Of a stretch of DNA of 64,000 nucleotides, positions 1-9,685 are shown one piece after another. The translations under genes were made by a program, and so were the position numbers. The notes under the pieces are model-generated. The model was not told where the DNA came from, made no database searches, and saw nothing but the letters and a program-made list of their open reading frames with translations. The stretch covers positions 1-64,000 of the forward strand of contig JBKBIN010000004.1 of the NCBI GenBank assembly GCA_046296715.1, written 5' to 3'. This DNA is from Candidatus Ratteibacteria bacterium (GTDB lineage: Bacteria; Ratteibacteria; UBA8468; B48-G9; JAFGKM01). Numbering within the stretch: the first letter of the stretch is position 1; every line of letters starts with the position of its first letter.

Positions 1-205
1 AAAGAGAAACTTTAAGAATTTCTTTAAAATTATCCAAACTTAATCCAGTTTGATTATTTTTAGCAAAAGAACCAAATATCCTAATATCTTTTATCTCAGA
101 AAATTTCTTTACTGCTTCTTTAGATATTCTTTTCAAATTTTTTAAGATTGTCTCTTTATTTATTGATATACACTTCACAGAACCTGATGATATTATCCGC
201 CGCAT
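1..205 (-). pseudogene. Minimal nucleotidyltransferase (MNT) antitoxin-like gene, probably internally deleted; runs off the window edge
   Basis: Manual translation from ATG at 205 gives MRRIISSGSVKCISINKETILKNLKRISKEAVKKFSEIKDIRIFGSFAKNNQTGLSLDNFKEILKVSL. The FGS motif is present, but the expected SDxD after 'TGLS' is missing. Confidence 0.6.
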
Positions 206-214
206 TTATTTATT

Positions 215-325
215 CTATTGTTGAGCAGAAAAACATAACCTATTCATAATATTTGTTTTTAAAGTCAAGTTTTGCTTTTCAAAATCTCTTTTTCCTTGTT
301 CATATCAATTTTCCCACCTATTCAT
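215..325 (-). pseudogene. HEPN-domain gene remnant (N-terminal part only)
   Basis: Manual translation across two frameshifts and internal stops gives MNRWEN*YEQGKRDFEK/AKLDFKNKYYE*V/CFSAQQ*. This matches the HEPN N-terminus pattern (W..W..QA.RD...A......Y.W.CF.AQQ) and lies directly upstream of the MNT-like gene. Confidence 0.7.
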
Positions 326-494
326 TTTAATTTTAAATTTTTTGGACTCATTCATATTTAATTTATGATTTTTTACTCTTTTTTGTCAAATTCTCCCTCT
401 TTTGAGATGAGATATAGTATCTATGAAGTTAATAAAAAACTCAAAAAGAAAGAATTATTTTGGATTCAGAGCGGAACTATTTAATTATTGCATT

Positions 495-1427
495 TTAAAA
501 ACTGTATTTATTTTCAAACCATTTATAGGTGAGTTCTAAGCCATTATATATTGTTATTTTAGGTTTCCAGCCAAGTTTTTTTATTTTTTCGATATCAAGT
601 ATTCGGACTGGTGCTCCTTCTGGCATATTTTCATTATATATAATTTTTCCTTTATAATTACTTATTTCTCTCAAAATTTCAACTATTTCTTTTATGCTTA
701 CTCCCTCTCCTCTGCCAATATTAATAATTTCATTTCCTTCGTAATTTTCCATCAGAAATATACAGGCATTTGCAAAATCATCAACATAAATAAAATCTCT
801 TTTTGCATTTCCTTTTCCCCATATTTCAACTTTATCAAGATTTCTTTTTTTTGCATCATAGAATTTTTTTATAAGAGATGGAATTACATGAGCATCTTCA
901 TCAAATTGTTTTTCCCCTTTTCCAAATACATTGCCTCCAATTACCATTAAAAATTTAGTTTTATATTGATAGTTATATGCCTGACAAATTTTTAATCCTA
1001 ATATTTTTGCAATTGCGTAAAATTCATTTGTTGGTTCTATACTTCCAGTTAAAAGATAATCTTCTTTCATTGGTTGAGGACAGTTGACTGGATACATACA
1101 GGAACATCCAATATATAAAAGTTTTTTTACATTATATTTGTATGAGAAATGAATTAAATTGATATTGATTAAAGAATTTTCAAAAATTAATTCTGCTCCC
1201 CTTTCTATATTTTTCTTTATACCACCTGTTTTTCCAGCACAAATAAATACATATTCAGGTTTTTCTTTTTTGAAAAATTCTTCTACTTTTTTCTGGTCTA
1301 AAAGATTAAGTTGGTCTCTTGTTTTTAATATCAAATTTTTATAGCCTTTTTCTTTTAGAATTTTTGTTATAGATGAACCAATAAGACCTGTATGTCCAGC
1401 AATATATATGGAAGAATTTTTATCCAT
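495..1427 (-). CDS. fcl: GDP-L-fucose synthase family epimerase/reductase (Fcl/WcaG/ColC-like)
   Basis: IYIAGHTGLIGS, GCSCMYP, EPTNEFYAIAK, AHVIPSLI, WGKGNAKRDFIYVDD motifs. Confidence 0.85.
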   Translation of the reverse strand: MDKNSSIYIAGHTGLIGSSITKILKEKGYKNLILKTRDQLNLLDQKKVEEFFKKEKPEYVFICAGKTGGIKKNIERGAELIFENSLININLIHFSYKYNVKKLLYIGCSCMYPVNCPQPMKEDYLLTGSIEPTNEFYAIAKILGLKICQAYNYQYKTKFLMVIGGNVFGKGEKQFDEDAHVIPSLIKKFYDAKKRNLDKVEIWGKGNAKRDFIYVDDFANACIFLMENYEGNEIINIGRGEGVSIKEIVEILREISNYKGKIIYNENMPEGAPVRILDIEKIKKLGWKPKITIYNGLELTYKWFENKYSF

Positions 1428-2622
1428 TTTCTTTAATAAATTTTCTTATTAAGTTTCCAATATATTCAATATCTTCGTCTGTTATCTCTTGATGAACTCC
1501 AATATGTATTCCATTGTCTCCTATGTACTCAGAAACAGGAAAATCACCTTTTTTATAACCTAAAAATTCGTATCCAGGTGTCTGGGTTGGAATTGATGCA
1601 AAAAGGTCTCTTGTATCAATTCCATTTTTATTTAGAAAATTTACAAGTTGATCTCTTTTAAATTTACAATTTTCTTTAAGAATAAAAGGGAAAGCATGAG
1701 GGCCTAATTTTTCATTTCCTTTTTCATCCATTGTGTAAAAATATTTTTCAAATTCTTTAAAGATTTCCTTTAATTTAAAAAAGTTTATTCTTCTCTTTTC
1801 TAATATTTCTTCATAGATTTCAAGATTCCCAAGACCAATTGCTGCTTCAATTTCATTCATCTTAGAAGAAAAACCCACTCTTTCAAAAACAAATCTTATA
1901 TCTCTTCCATATTTAAACCTCTTTTTGCAATAACCAGATGAAGTATTTAAAATACAGACAACACATTTACATGCCCTTCCATGTGCTCTCAAAGATCTTA
2001 ATATTTCTGCATAATTTTTATTATCAGTGATTACAATTCCTCCTTCAACCGTAGAAATTATATGTGCAACATAAGTACTGAAACATCCCATATCTCCAAA
2101 AGTTCCAACAAATTTATCTTTATATTTTGCTCCATGTGCTTCGGCTGAATCTTCAATTAAAAATAAATTATATTTTTTAGCAATTTTCAAAATTTTATCT
2201 ATTTTTGCTGGTTTTCCCATTAAATGAACTACAAGAATTGCCCTTGTTCTTTCAGTTATTTTTTCTTCTATCTTTTCTGGATTTATATTTAATGTATCAA
2301 GTTCAACATCAACAAAAATAGGTTTAAAACCAGCCATTAAAACAGCATTTGCAGTTCCTATAAAAGTTAAAGAAGGTAAAATTACTTCATCTCCTCTTTT
2401 GGCTCCATAGTCATACATTACTGATAAAGCAAGAGCAATTGCATCAGTCCCACTACTTACAGCAACAGCATATTTACTCCCAACAAATTCAGCAAATTTT
2501 TCTTCAAATTGCCTAACATATTTTCCTTGAGCAACTCTTTTTGTATTAAGGATCTCATTAATAATTTTTTTTGCTTTTTCAGTTATTTCAATTGTTCCAA
2601 AAGAAATTCTTCTTTTATTCAT
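1420..2622 (-). CDS. DegT/DnrJ/EryC1/StrS-family PLP/PMP enzyme; His-type, probable NDP-4-keto-6-deoxysugar 3-dehydratase (RfbH/E1- or ColD-like)
   Basis: SSGTDA, IEDSAEAHGA and FSTYVAHIISTVEGG (His where aminotransferases have Lys); Cys cluster HGRACKCVVC...CKKRF. Confidence 0.8.
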   Translation of the reverse strand: MNKRRISFGTIEITEKAKKIINEILNTKRVAQGKYVRQFEEKFAEFVGSKYAVAVSSGTDAIALALSVMYDYGAKRGDEVILPSLTFIGTANAVLMAGFKPIFVDVELDTLNINPEKIEEKITERTRAILVVHLMGKPAKIDKILKIAKKYNLFLIEDSAEAHGAKYKDKFVGTFGDMGCFSTYVAHIISTVEGGIVITDNKNYAEILRSLRAHGRACKCVVCILNTSSGYCKKRFKYGRDIRFVFERVGFSSKMNEIEAAIGLGNLEIYEEILEKRRINFFKLKEIFKEFEKYFYTMDEKGNEKLGPHAFPFILKENCKFKRDQLVNFLNKNGIDTRDLFASIPTQTPGYEFLGYKKGDFPVSEYIGDNGIHIGVHQEITDEDIEYIGNLIRKFIKENG

Positions 2623-4084
2623 AATATTTCCTCTGGATTTTTATTTTTAACATATCTTTTATATGTTCAACTACTTTTAGGCCAAATTTTTTTTCTATCA
2701 TATCAAGATATTCAGGATCACTATAATATTCAATAAATGCATGGTCTCTAAACTTTAAAACTTCACCTGGTTTTAAATATTTTGTTGGTAAAGGGTATGT
2801 ATCTTCTGAAAGTTGTGCAAAACCAGACCAATCATCAGGTAACTTTATTCCATTTTTAATTGCCCACTCATAAAGATAAGAACCAGGATATGCCATTGCT
2901 ACATAGAAATTTACATATTCACATTTAAGTTTTTTAGCAAGATTCAATGTTTCTCTCATTGTTTCGTAATCATCATCAGGAAGTCCAAAAATAAAATTTC
3001 CAAGTACATATATTCCTGCCTTTTTAGTCATTTCAATAACTTTTTCTATTTTATCCTGCTGTATTTTTTTCAAAACACCCTTTCTTACTTTTTCACTCGC
3101 TGATTCAATTCCATAACATAACCAGTTAAATCCTGCTTTTTTTAATTTTTTTAGTATTTCTTCATCAACTGTATCTATCCTTGCATAAGCCCATATATTC
3201 AATTTGTAATTTCTTTCAATCAGATAATCACAAATTTTACTAACTCTTTGTTTATTTAAAACAAAAAGTTCATCCGCTATCTTTAAATTTTTAATATCAT
3301 ATTTCTTTACAAGTTGATCTATTTCTTCAATTACTCTTTCAGGAGATTTATATCTTATTCCAGGTTTGTTGCTATAAATTGCTTTAATATTGCAGTATGA
3401 ACAGTTATATGGGCATCCAAAACTTGTATATATAGCAGCATAATTTCCCCTTTTATCTATATTTTCAAAACAATGCCAATTATGTGCCCTGTATTTATCC
3501 ATAGGAAGTAAGTCCCAAGCAGGTAAAGGTAAGCTATCTATATCTTGAATAATTTCTTCGTAGCCACCATTTATAATCTCTCCATCTTTTTTATACCACA
3601 ATCCTTTAATATTTTCTTTCTCAATATCTATGTTTTCTTTTAAACACCTCAATAAATTTAAGGTTGTAAGAAATCCTTCTCCTTGACAGACATAATCTGT
3701 TTTTTCTTCTTTTAATGTTTTTTCTGGAAGAGATGATGGATGAAGCCCAGATAATATAACTTTTATATTTGTCTCTTTTTCTTTGAGGATGTTTAATATT
3801 TCTCTTACAGTTGTCATTTTTGGTGTTGATGAAGCAGAAGGATTCGTTCCCATAACTACTATATTCACAAGGATAGGTTTGTATTTGATTATTTCATCTA
3901 CTGTTTGTTCAGGAGATAAATTTTCAGCATCAGCATCAATAATTTTTACCGAATATCCTTTTTCTCTAACAAAAGAGGCAATTAAAGCACACCAATAAGG
4001 TGGTTCAATTCCTGCAAGTGAGTTTTTTAATTTACCATAAACTTTTTTAGGATTTCCAGGATTTACTAAAACTAAATCTATCAT
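2615..4084 (-). CDS. Cobalamin-binding radical SAM protein (class B methyltransferase-like)
   Basis: N-terminal B12-binding-like domain (EPPYW..IAS; SGLHPS), CPYNCSYC triad, YGIES, FIFGLP. Start placed at the ATG of MIDLVLVNPG. Confidence 0.85.
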   Translation of the reverse strand: MIDLVLVNPGNPKKVYGKLKNSLAGIEPPYWCALIASFVREKGYSVKIIDADAENLSPEQTVDEIIKYKPILVNIVVMGTNPSASSTPKMTTVREILNILKEKETNIKVILSGLHPSSLPEKTLKEEKTDYVCQGEGFLTTLNLLRCLKENIDIEKENIKGLWYKKDGEIINGGYEEIIQDIDSLPLPAWDLLPMDKYRAHNWHCFENIDKRGNYAAIYTSFGCPYNCSYCNIKAIYSNKPGIRYKSPERVIEEIDQLVKKYDIKNLKIADELFVLNKQRVSKICDYLIERNYKLNIWAYARIDTVDEEILKKLKKAGFNWLCYGIESASEKVRKGVLKKIQQDKIEKVIEMTKKAGIYVLGNFIFGLPDDDYETMRETLNLAKKLKCEYVNFYVAMAYPGSYLYEWAIKNGIKLPDDWSGFAQLSEDTYPLPTKYLKPGEVLKFRDHAFIEYYSDPEYLDMIEKKFGLKVVEHIKDMLKIKIQRKYYE

Positions 4085-4085
4085 C

Positions 4086-5036
4086 TTAAGTATTTGAAAA
4101 CCCAAATTTTCTTATAATTCTATATCCTTTTATTAATTCTTCAATCCCTTCATCAAGAGAAATTTTTGCTTTAAATCCTGTCTTTTCTATTTTTTCATTA
4201 CTAACTATATAATTCCTCTTATCCGGATCTTCTCCAATTTCTGCTTGATGATAATAAAAATTTGGAATATGTTTTCTTATAATTTCACAAAGTTCAATTT
4301 TGCTTATATTTGCACTACTTAAACCTACATTATATGGTTGGTTTTTCATTTTATCAAAGTTTTCAAGACAATGGATAAAGGCAAAAGATGCATCCCTTAC
4401 ATGTATATAATTTCTCTTAAAATGGCCTTGATAAACTACTACATATCCATCTGTAACTGCTCTGTATACAAAATCATTTACAAGTAAATCAAGGCGCATC
4501 CTTGGACTTATACCAAAACATGTAGCCAATCTTAAAGTTATACTATTTCCAGAATCTAAAACTATTTTTTCTGCTTCAACTTTTAATTTTCCATATAAAG
4601 ATATTGGTCTTAAAGGTGTTTCTTCTGTGCAATATATTCCTTCCTGTCCAATTCCATAGCCACTATTTGTTGTTGGAAATATGATGATTTGATTTTTACT
4701 TCTATTTTTTAAAAGTAGTTTTATTGCATCAAGATTTACTGATTTTGCTTCATAAGGGTTTTTGTCACAAGCAGGAGCACCAGTAATACAAGCAAGAGGA
4801 AATATTACATCTACTTTTTTTAACAAATCTTTCAATAATCTCTCATCTCTTACATCTCCCCTTACAACTTCAAAATTTTTATAATGACAACAATCAAGAA
4901 GAGAGGTCTGGTTATAAATGAAATTATCAAGAACTATAACATTATATCCTTCTTTCAACAGAATTGGAACTAAAATAGAACCAATATAACCAGCACCACC
5001 AGTAACAAGTATTTTCAACTTTTCTTCCTTTGCCAT
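4086..5036 (-). CDS. NAD-dependent sugar epimerase/dehydratase (extended SDR)
   Basis: LVTGGAGYIGS, YGKLK (YxxxK), RLATCFGISPRMRLDLLVNDF. Confidence 0.9.
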   Translation of the reverse strand: MAKEEKLKILVTGGAGYIGSILVPILLKEGYNVIVLDNFIYNQTSLLDCCHYKNFEVVRGDVRDERLLKDLLKKVDVIFPLACITGAPACDKNPYEAKSVNLDAIKLLLKNRSKNQIIIFPTTNSGYGIGQEGIYCTEETPLRPISLYGKLKVEAEKIVLDSGNSITLRLATCFGISPRMRLDLLVNDFVYRAVTDGYVVVYQGHFKRNYIHVRDASFAFIHCLENFDKMKNQPYNVGLSSANISKIELCEIIRKHIPNFYYHQAEIGEDPDKRNYIVSNEKIEKTGFKAKISLDEGIEELIKGYRIIRKFGFSNT

Positions 5037-5101
5037 AATTTTTATTTTAACATAATTTGATGGCTTTTTAAAACCTTAAATTTTGTGTTAAAATAAACAC
5101 A

Positions 5102-6690
5102 ATGGATTTTTTAGAAATTTTTATATTAATTTTTTTTGTATTTTTTACAGGATATTTTCCTGGTAGATTAATAACAAATTTTTTACCTTTGAAAAAACAA
5201 GAGAAAGTTGTTTTAAGTTTTGCTATAAGTTTTTTCTTATTTTATATTTTGGGTTTTTTAAGTTATATTTTTAATGTAAATTTTGCAATCTTCAATGATT
5301 TTTTTCTTTTGTTATTTTTGATTCTTTCTATTCCCTATGTTGCTTTAAAAGATTTTGATTTTGAAGAGATTAAATTGTTAAGAAATTTTCTAATAACATT
5401 TTTGATTTTTGTAATATATCAATTTTTTATTCCTCTTTATTTTGGTGGTTTATTTTCTTGGGATTGGTTTGAACATTATTTAAGGAGTGTTTTTTTTCTT
5501 GATAGATTACCAAAGGATATTGTATTTGAAGGATATATAATTCCATCAAGACCACCATTTTTTAATATTGTCTGTTTTTTTATCTTTCAATCATTGGAGG
5601 GGAATTTTATAAATATCAGATTATCTCAACTTTTTTAAATTATAATCTTGTCTTGGCTGTTTATCTATTTTGCAAAGAATATTTAAAACTTGAAAACAAA
5701 AATTTATTTTTTATAATTTCTATTATTATGTTTTTAAATCCTGCAATTTTAAGACAAATTACATATACTTGGACAAAAGCTTTCTGTGCTTTTTATATTA
5801 TTTTAGGTCTTTATTTTTATCTTAAATTTCTCAATTATCAAGACAATCTTTCTTTATTATTTTCAAGTTTTTTATTTGGAATTAGTTTTATTGTTCATTT
5901 TTCTGCTGGCTGTTATATAGTTCCTGTATTTTTACATTTAACTTATAAGACATTTTTAAATAGAAATTTAATTAAAAACTCATTTTTATTTTACTTGATT
6001 TTTCTTTTTACAATTTTTACATATTTTTCATGGGCAATTAAGAATTATGGTATTTATAAGGCATTTTTAAGTACAAATATCTACCAACAACAGAAAAGTT
6101 TAAATTTAACTGGAAGGATTGGAAAAGATATATATAACTTTTTCAAAACTTTATATCCATTTCCAGTAAAATATTTTATTTATATTTTCAAAAACACTGG
6201 GCCTTTTTTCAAAATTTTTAACTATCTTCACTCTGTTTATTTATGCACATTACCAGCAAGTTTAACATTTTCTTTAACGATTTTTCTCTTGTTTTTCTTT
6301 TTAAAAAATTATAAAAAATTTACTTTTTTTAATTTCTGGGTATTTTTCTTTTTTTTAGGTTATTTCTTAGGAATAGTTGTTATGCCAGTGAAAGAATTAT
6401 CAGGACTTGCACATACAGGATTACTTCCGATTATATCTTTAATTATTTGTTTTGGTATTAAGCATATTTTTTCTTTAAATAAGAAAAATTTTTTAATTTT
6501 AAGTTGTTTTTACATAATAGAGACACTCTTTATTCAAATTATTTTTGTAATTGCTTATAATGTATATTCATCTCCTCAATCAATTATTTCCTTTGCCCAA
6601 CAAGGTAAAATTGATTCTTTTTTAGTTTCAAATTTCCTTCTTAAGTATTATAATCAACTTCTTTTTTTATTTGATAAGATTTTTTATTAA
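5102..6690 (+). pseudogene. Polytopic membrane protein, GT-C/ArnT-PMT-like glycosyltransferase, split by a 1-nt frameshift (ORFs 5102-5638 and 5653-6690)
   Basis: Both ORFs are strongly hydrophobic, with the loop motif DWFEHY...SRPPFFN. Adding one T to the T7 tract at 5575-5581 reads through (CFFYLSIIGGEFYKYQIISTFLNYNLVLAVY) into the second ORF. Confidence 0.65.
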
Positions 6691-6692
6691 AT

Positions 6693-7649
6693 TTAGTTTA
6701 CTTTCCAATTAAGTATATCTTTAACAATACTTTCTTTATCTAATCCACATATTTTTTGTATATTTTCTCTTCCACCATAAGTATACAAATATTTATCTTT
6801 TATTCCAAATCTTTTTACTGGTAAATTTATTTGGTTATCTCCAAGGACTTCCAAAACTGCACTTCCCATTCCACCTGCAAGTAAATGTTCTTCTATTGTG
6901 ATTATTCCTTTTGTATTTTTAACTGTTTCAATGAGCAATTCTGAATTTATCGGTTTTATTCTGTATAAATCAATAACTCCTGCATTTATATTATATTTTT
7001 CAAGTTCTTCTGCAACCTCAATTGCTCTATGTGTCATATTCCCTGTTCCAATAATATAAAAGTCATTTCCTTCTTTTAAAACAGAAAGTCCATCTGAAAA
7101 GTTAAATTTTATTTTATTGTGACAAACTTTTTTTATTGGTTTTCCTTCAATTCGTATATACTTAGGACCATCATTTTTTACTGAAAAATCTACAATATGT
7201 TTTATTATATTCGCATCATAAGGTGAAAAAATTGTAAAATTTGGCAATGTTCTTATAATAGAAATATCTTCTAAACAATGATGTGTTGGCCCAGATAAAT
7301 CATAACTAAAACCTATTCCTATTCCAATAATATTAATATTAAATTTTTTTATTTGTGAAAATAGGGATAGGATTCTTAATTGTTCATAGCATCTCATCGT
7401 AATAAAAGCTGAAATCCCATAACAAAAGACAATATACCCTTCATATGCTAAGCCAATTGAGATATTTATTAAATTTTGTTCTGCAATTCCTACATTTATA
7501 AAATTTTTAGAAAAATCATTTCTTAATTTATCTAAAAATTTAGCTCCAAAATCATCAGAAAGGAAAAATATTTTTTTATTCGTCTTTAATTTTTTATAAA
7601 TTTCTTTGATTAATAATTCTCGTAAAACTATATTCTTCATCTGTTTCAT
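6693..7649 (-). CDS. Transketolase, C-terminal subunit (pyrimidine-binding and C-terminal domains)
   Basis: NVGIAEQN, RCYEQLR, GPTHHCLED, TIEEH...GGMGSAV. Confidence 0.88.
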   Translation of the reverse strand: MKQMKNIVLRELLIKEIYKKLKTNKKIFFLSDDFGAKFLDKLRNDFSKNFINVGIAEQNLINISIGLAYEGYIVFCYGISAFITMRCYEQLRILSLFSQIKKFNINIIGIGIGFSYDLSGPTHHCLEDISIIRTLPNFTIFSPYDANIIKHIVDFSVKNDGPKYIRIEGKPIKKVCHNKIKFNFSDGLSVLKEGNDFYIIGTGNMTHRAIEVAEELEKYNINAGVIDLYRIKPINSELLIETVKNTKGIITIEEHLLAGGMGSAVLEVLGDNQINLPVKRFGIKDKYLYTYGGRENIQKICGLDKESIVKDILNWKVN

Positions 7650-8437
7650 TATGTAAAATTTAAATCTTTAACATCTTCTTTGCTTAATGATTTAATGTGA
7701 CACAATGGATCATTTTCTAACTTATAAACACCTTTACCTTTTACAGTATTTGCTATTAATATTTTTGGTTTTTTAATATTTGATTTTTTAAATAAACGAA
7801 GAACATTATATATTCTTTGAATATTATGTCCATTTACAATTTTTACTTCAAATCCAAAATTTTCAAGTTTTTTATCAAGTGGTTTTAAATTTATAACTTT
7901 TTCACAAAAATCAAGCATACAGATTTTATTATTATCTATAATTACAATAAGGTTGTCTAATCTATGGTGACCAGCAAACATAAAAGATTCCCAAACTGAA
8001 CCTTCATATAATTCGCCATCTCCAAGTAAAACAAACACCTTTCCTTTTTGATTTTTTTTCTTTAAAGCCAATGCTATGCCACATGCTTGACCTAATCCAT
8101 TTCCTAATGAACCATTTATCAAACTTATTGTTGGTAAATTTATATCTGGAATACTTCCAAATTTTAAGACAGTATTCTCTAAATTATTATTTTCTAACTT
8201 TAGATATCCACAGTTGACAAGAATCGGATATAAAGAAATTGCTCCGTGTCCTTTACTTATTACTATCTTGTCTTCCAAAATATTTAAAATTTTTCCATAA
8301 TATAATGTAACTAATATTTCTACACATGAAAGAGAAGAAGCTATCCGAGTTTCTGGATATGATAAATGTATTTCTATTGTTTTTTTTCTTATAAAAGCGG
8401 CTTTTTCTTTTAAAAATTTTAGAATATATTTTTGCAT
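7649..8437 (-). CDS. Transketolase, N-terminal (ThDP-binding) subunit, divergent
   Basis: SKGH, GSLGNGLG, GDGELYEGSVWE...NN ThDP motif, NTVKGKGV. Confidence 0.88.
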   Translation of the reverse strand: MQKYILKFLKEKAAFIRKKTIEIHLSYPETRIASSLSCVEILVTLYYGKILNILEDKIVISKGHGAISLYPILVNCGYLKLENNNLENTVLKFGSIPDINLPTISLINGSLGNGLGQACGIALALKKKNQKGKVFVLLGDGELYEGSVWESFMFAGHHRLDNLIVIIDNNKICMLDFCEKVINLKPLDKKLENFGFEVKIVNGHNIQRIYNVLRLFKKSNIKKPKILIANTVKGKGVYKLENDPLCHIKSLSKEDVKDLNFT

Positions 8438-8440
8438 TAT

Positions 8441-9421
8441 TTATAAATAATAAACAATTACTTGGCTACCTTGGTTTTCAAATTTAAATGGGACAAAAAG
8501 TCCACTTATTTCTTGTTTTATTTTATGATGCAATTCTGGCGGAGCGAAAAATAACATAAAACCACCACCTCCTGCTCCAAGTAGCTTTCCACCAATTACA
8601 CCTAATTTTTTTGCTTTTTCGTAAATATTATCAATATATTCATTAGTAATTTTACTTGTAAGAGTTCTTTTTATTTTCCATGCCTCATCAAGTAATTTCC
8701 CAAACTCTTTTAAGTCCTTTCCACCTGAAAGTATATTTGCTGCCTCATCTACCATTTGTTGCATTATCCTCAATTCATATTTATTTTTTTCAATTGACTT
8801 TATTTGTTCAGCAGCAACTTCAGAAGCAATACGAGAAAAACCCGTAAAATAAAGTAATAAATGACTTTGTAGTTCTTCTTTTCTGTCCGGAGGTAAAATA
8901 ACTGGCTCAACTGTAAAACTATCATCTGGATAAAAAGTAATTTTATTTAGTCCTCCAAAAGCAACTGCAACTTGGTCTTGAGAACCAACATTTTCTTTAA
9001 GCACTTCTTGTTCTATATATATGGCTTCTTTTGCTAATTTTTCTTTAGATATCATAACACCTTTTAATGCATAAAGAGCATTTAATAATCCGACTGTAAA
9101 AGAAGAACTTGAACCTAAACCTGTTCTTGCAGGTAGATCACCATCATGGTGTATTTCTAATCCTTCTTCTATCTTCATATATTCTAAAACTGCTCTTACT
9201 GCTGGATGTTTAATCTCACTTATTTCTTTAACATTTTCTATTAAAGAATATACAACTCTATGTTTATGTTCAAAAAATGGAGGAAGATATCTACAACTTA
9301 TATAACAATACTTATCTATTGTAGTTGAAATAACAGAACCTTTATTATTCCTATACCAAGCAGGATAATCAGTCCCTCCTCCGAAAAATGATATTCTAAA
9401 AGGAGTTCTTGTTATAACCAT
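8441..9421 (-). CDS. GHMP-family sugar kinase, D-glycero-alpha-D-manno-heptose-7-phosphate kinase (HddA)-like
   Basis: RTPFRISFFGGGTDYP, DLPARTGLGSSS, GSQDQ, KLLGAGGGGF. Confidence 0.88.
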   Translation of the reverse strand: MVITRTPFRISFFGGGTDYPAWYRNNKGSVISTTIDKYCYISCRYLPPFFEHKHRVVYSLIENVKEISEIKHPAVRAVLEYMKIEEGLEIHHDGDLPARTGLGSSSSFTVGLLNALYALKGVMISKEKLAKEAIYIEQEVLKENVGSQDQVAVAFGGLNKITFYPDDSFTVEPVILPPDRKEELQSHLLLYFTGFSRIASEVAAEQIKSIEKNKYELRIMQQMVDEAANILSGGKDLKEFGKLLDEAWKIKRTLTSKITNEYIDNIYEKAKKLGVIGGKLLGAGGGGFMLFFAPPELHHKIKQEISGLFVPFKFENQGSQVIVYYL

Positions 9422-9484
9422 TTTTTAAAAACCATTGAAATTAACATTTTTTTATTTTACTATATCATTTTTTATTTATCCAAT

Positions 9485-9685
9485 TTAAATTTTCCATACT
9501 ATTACATCTTTCTTTCCACCCCATTTTGAAGCAATCTTTTGTAAAGAAACCAGAATTTTTATTTTTTCTTCAAAAGGTAGTTTGGATTGTTCTTTTCTTG
9601 CTCTTTCTTCCTGTTGAAAAAATTCTTTTAAAGTAATTATTTTATTATCATTTATTTTAATTTTTTTTATTTCAGAATTGTTCAT
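9485..9685 (-). CDS. Small basic hypothetical protein, putative partner of the upstream nucleotidyltransferase
   Basis: 66-aa ORF overlapping the stop of the upstream gene, preceded by AAGGA; helical LPFEEKIKILVSLQK segment. Confidence 0.6.
   Translation of the reverse strand: MNNSEIKKIKINDNKIITLKEFFQQEERARKEQSKLPFEEKIKILVSLQKIASKWGGKKDVIVWKI

Noticed and set aside
407..484. Short + strand ORF (MRYSIYEVNKKLKKKELFWIQSGTI) faintly like a REP-associated/IS200 transposase segment
   Set aside because: Only 25 aa, with no HUH motif or flanking hairpins; the similarity is too weak to support by eye.
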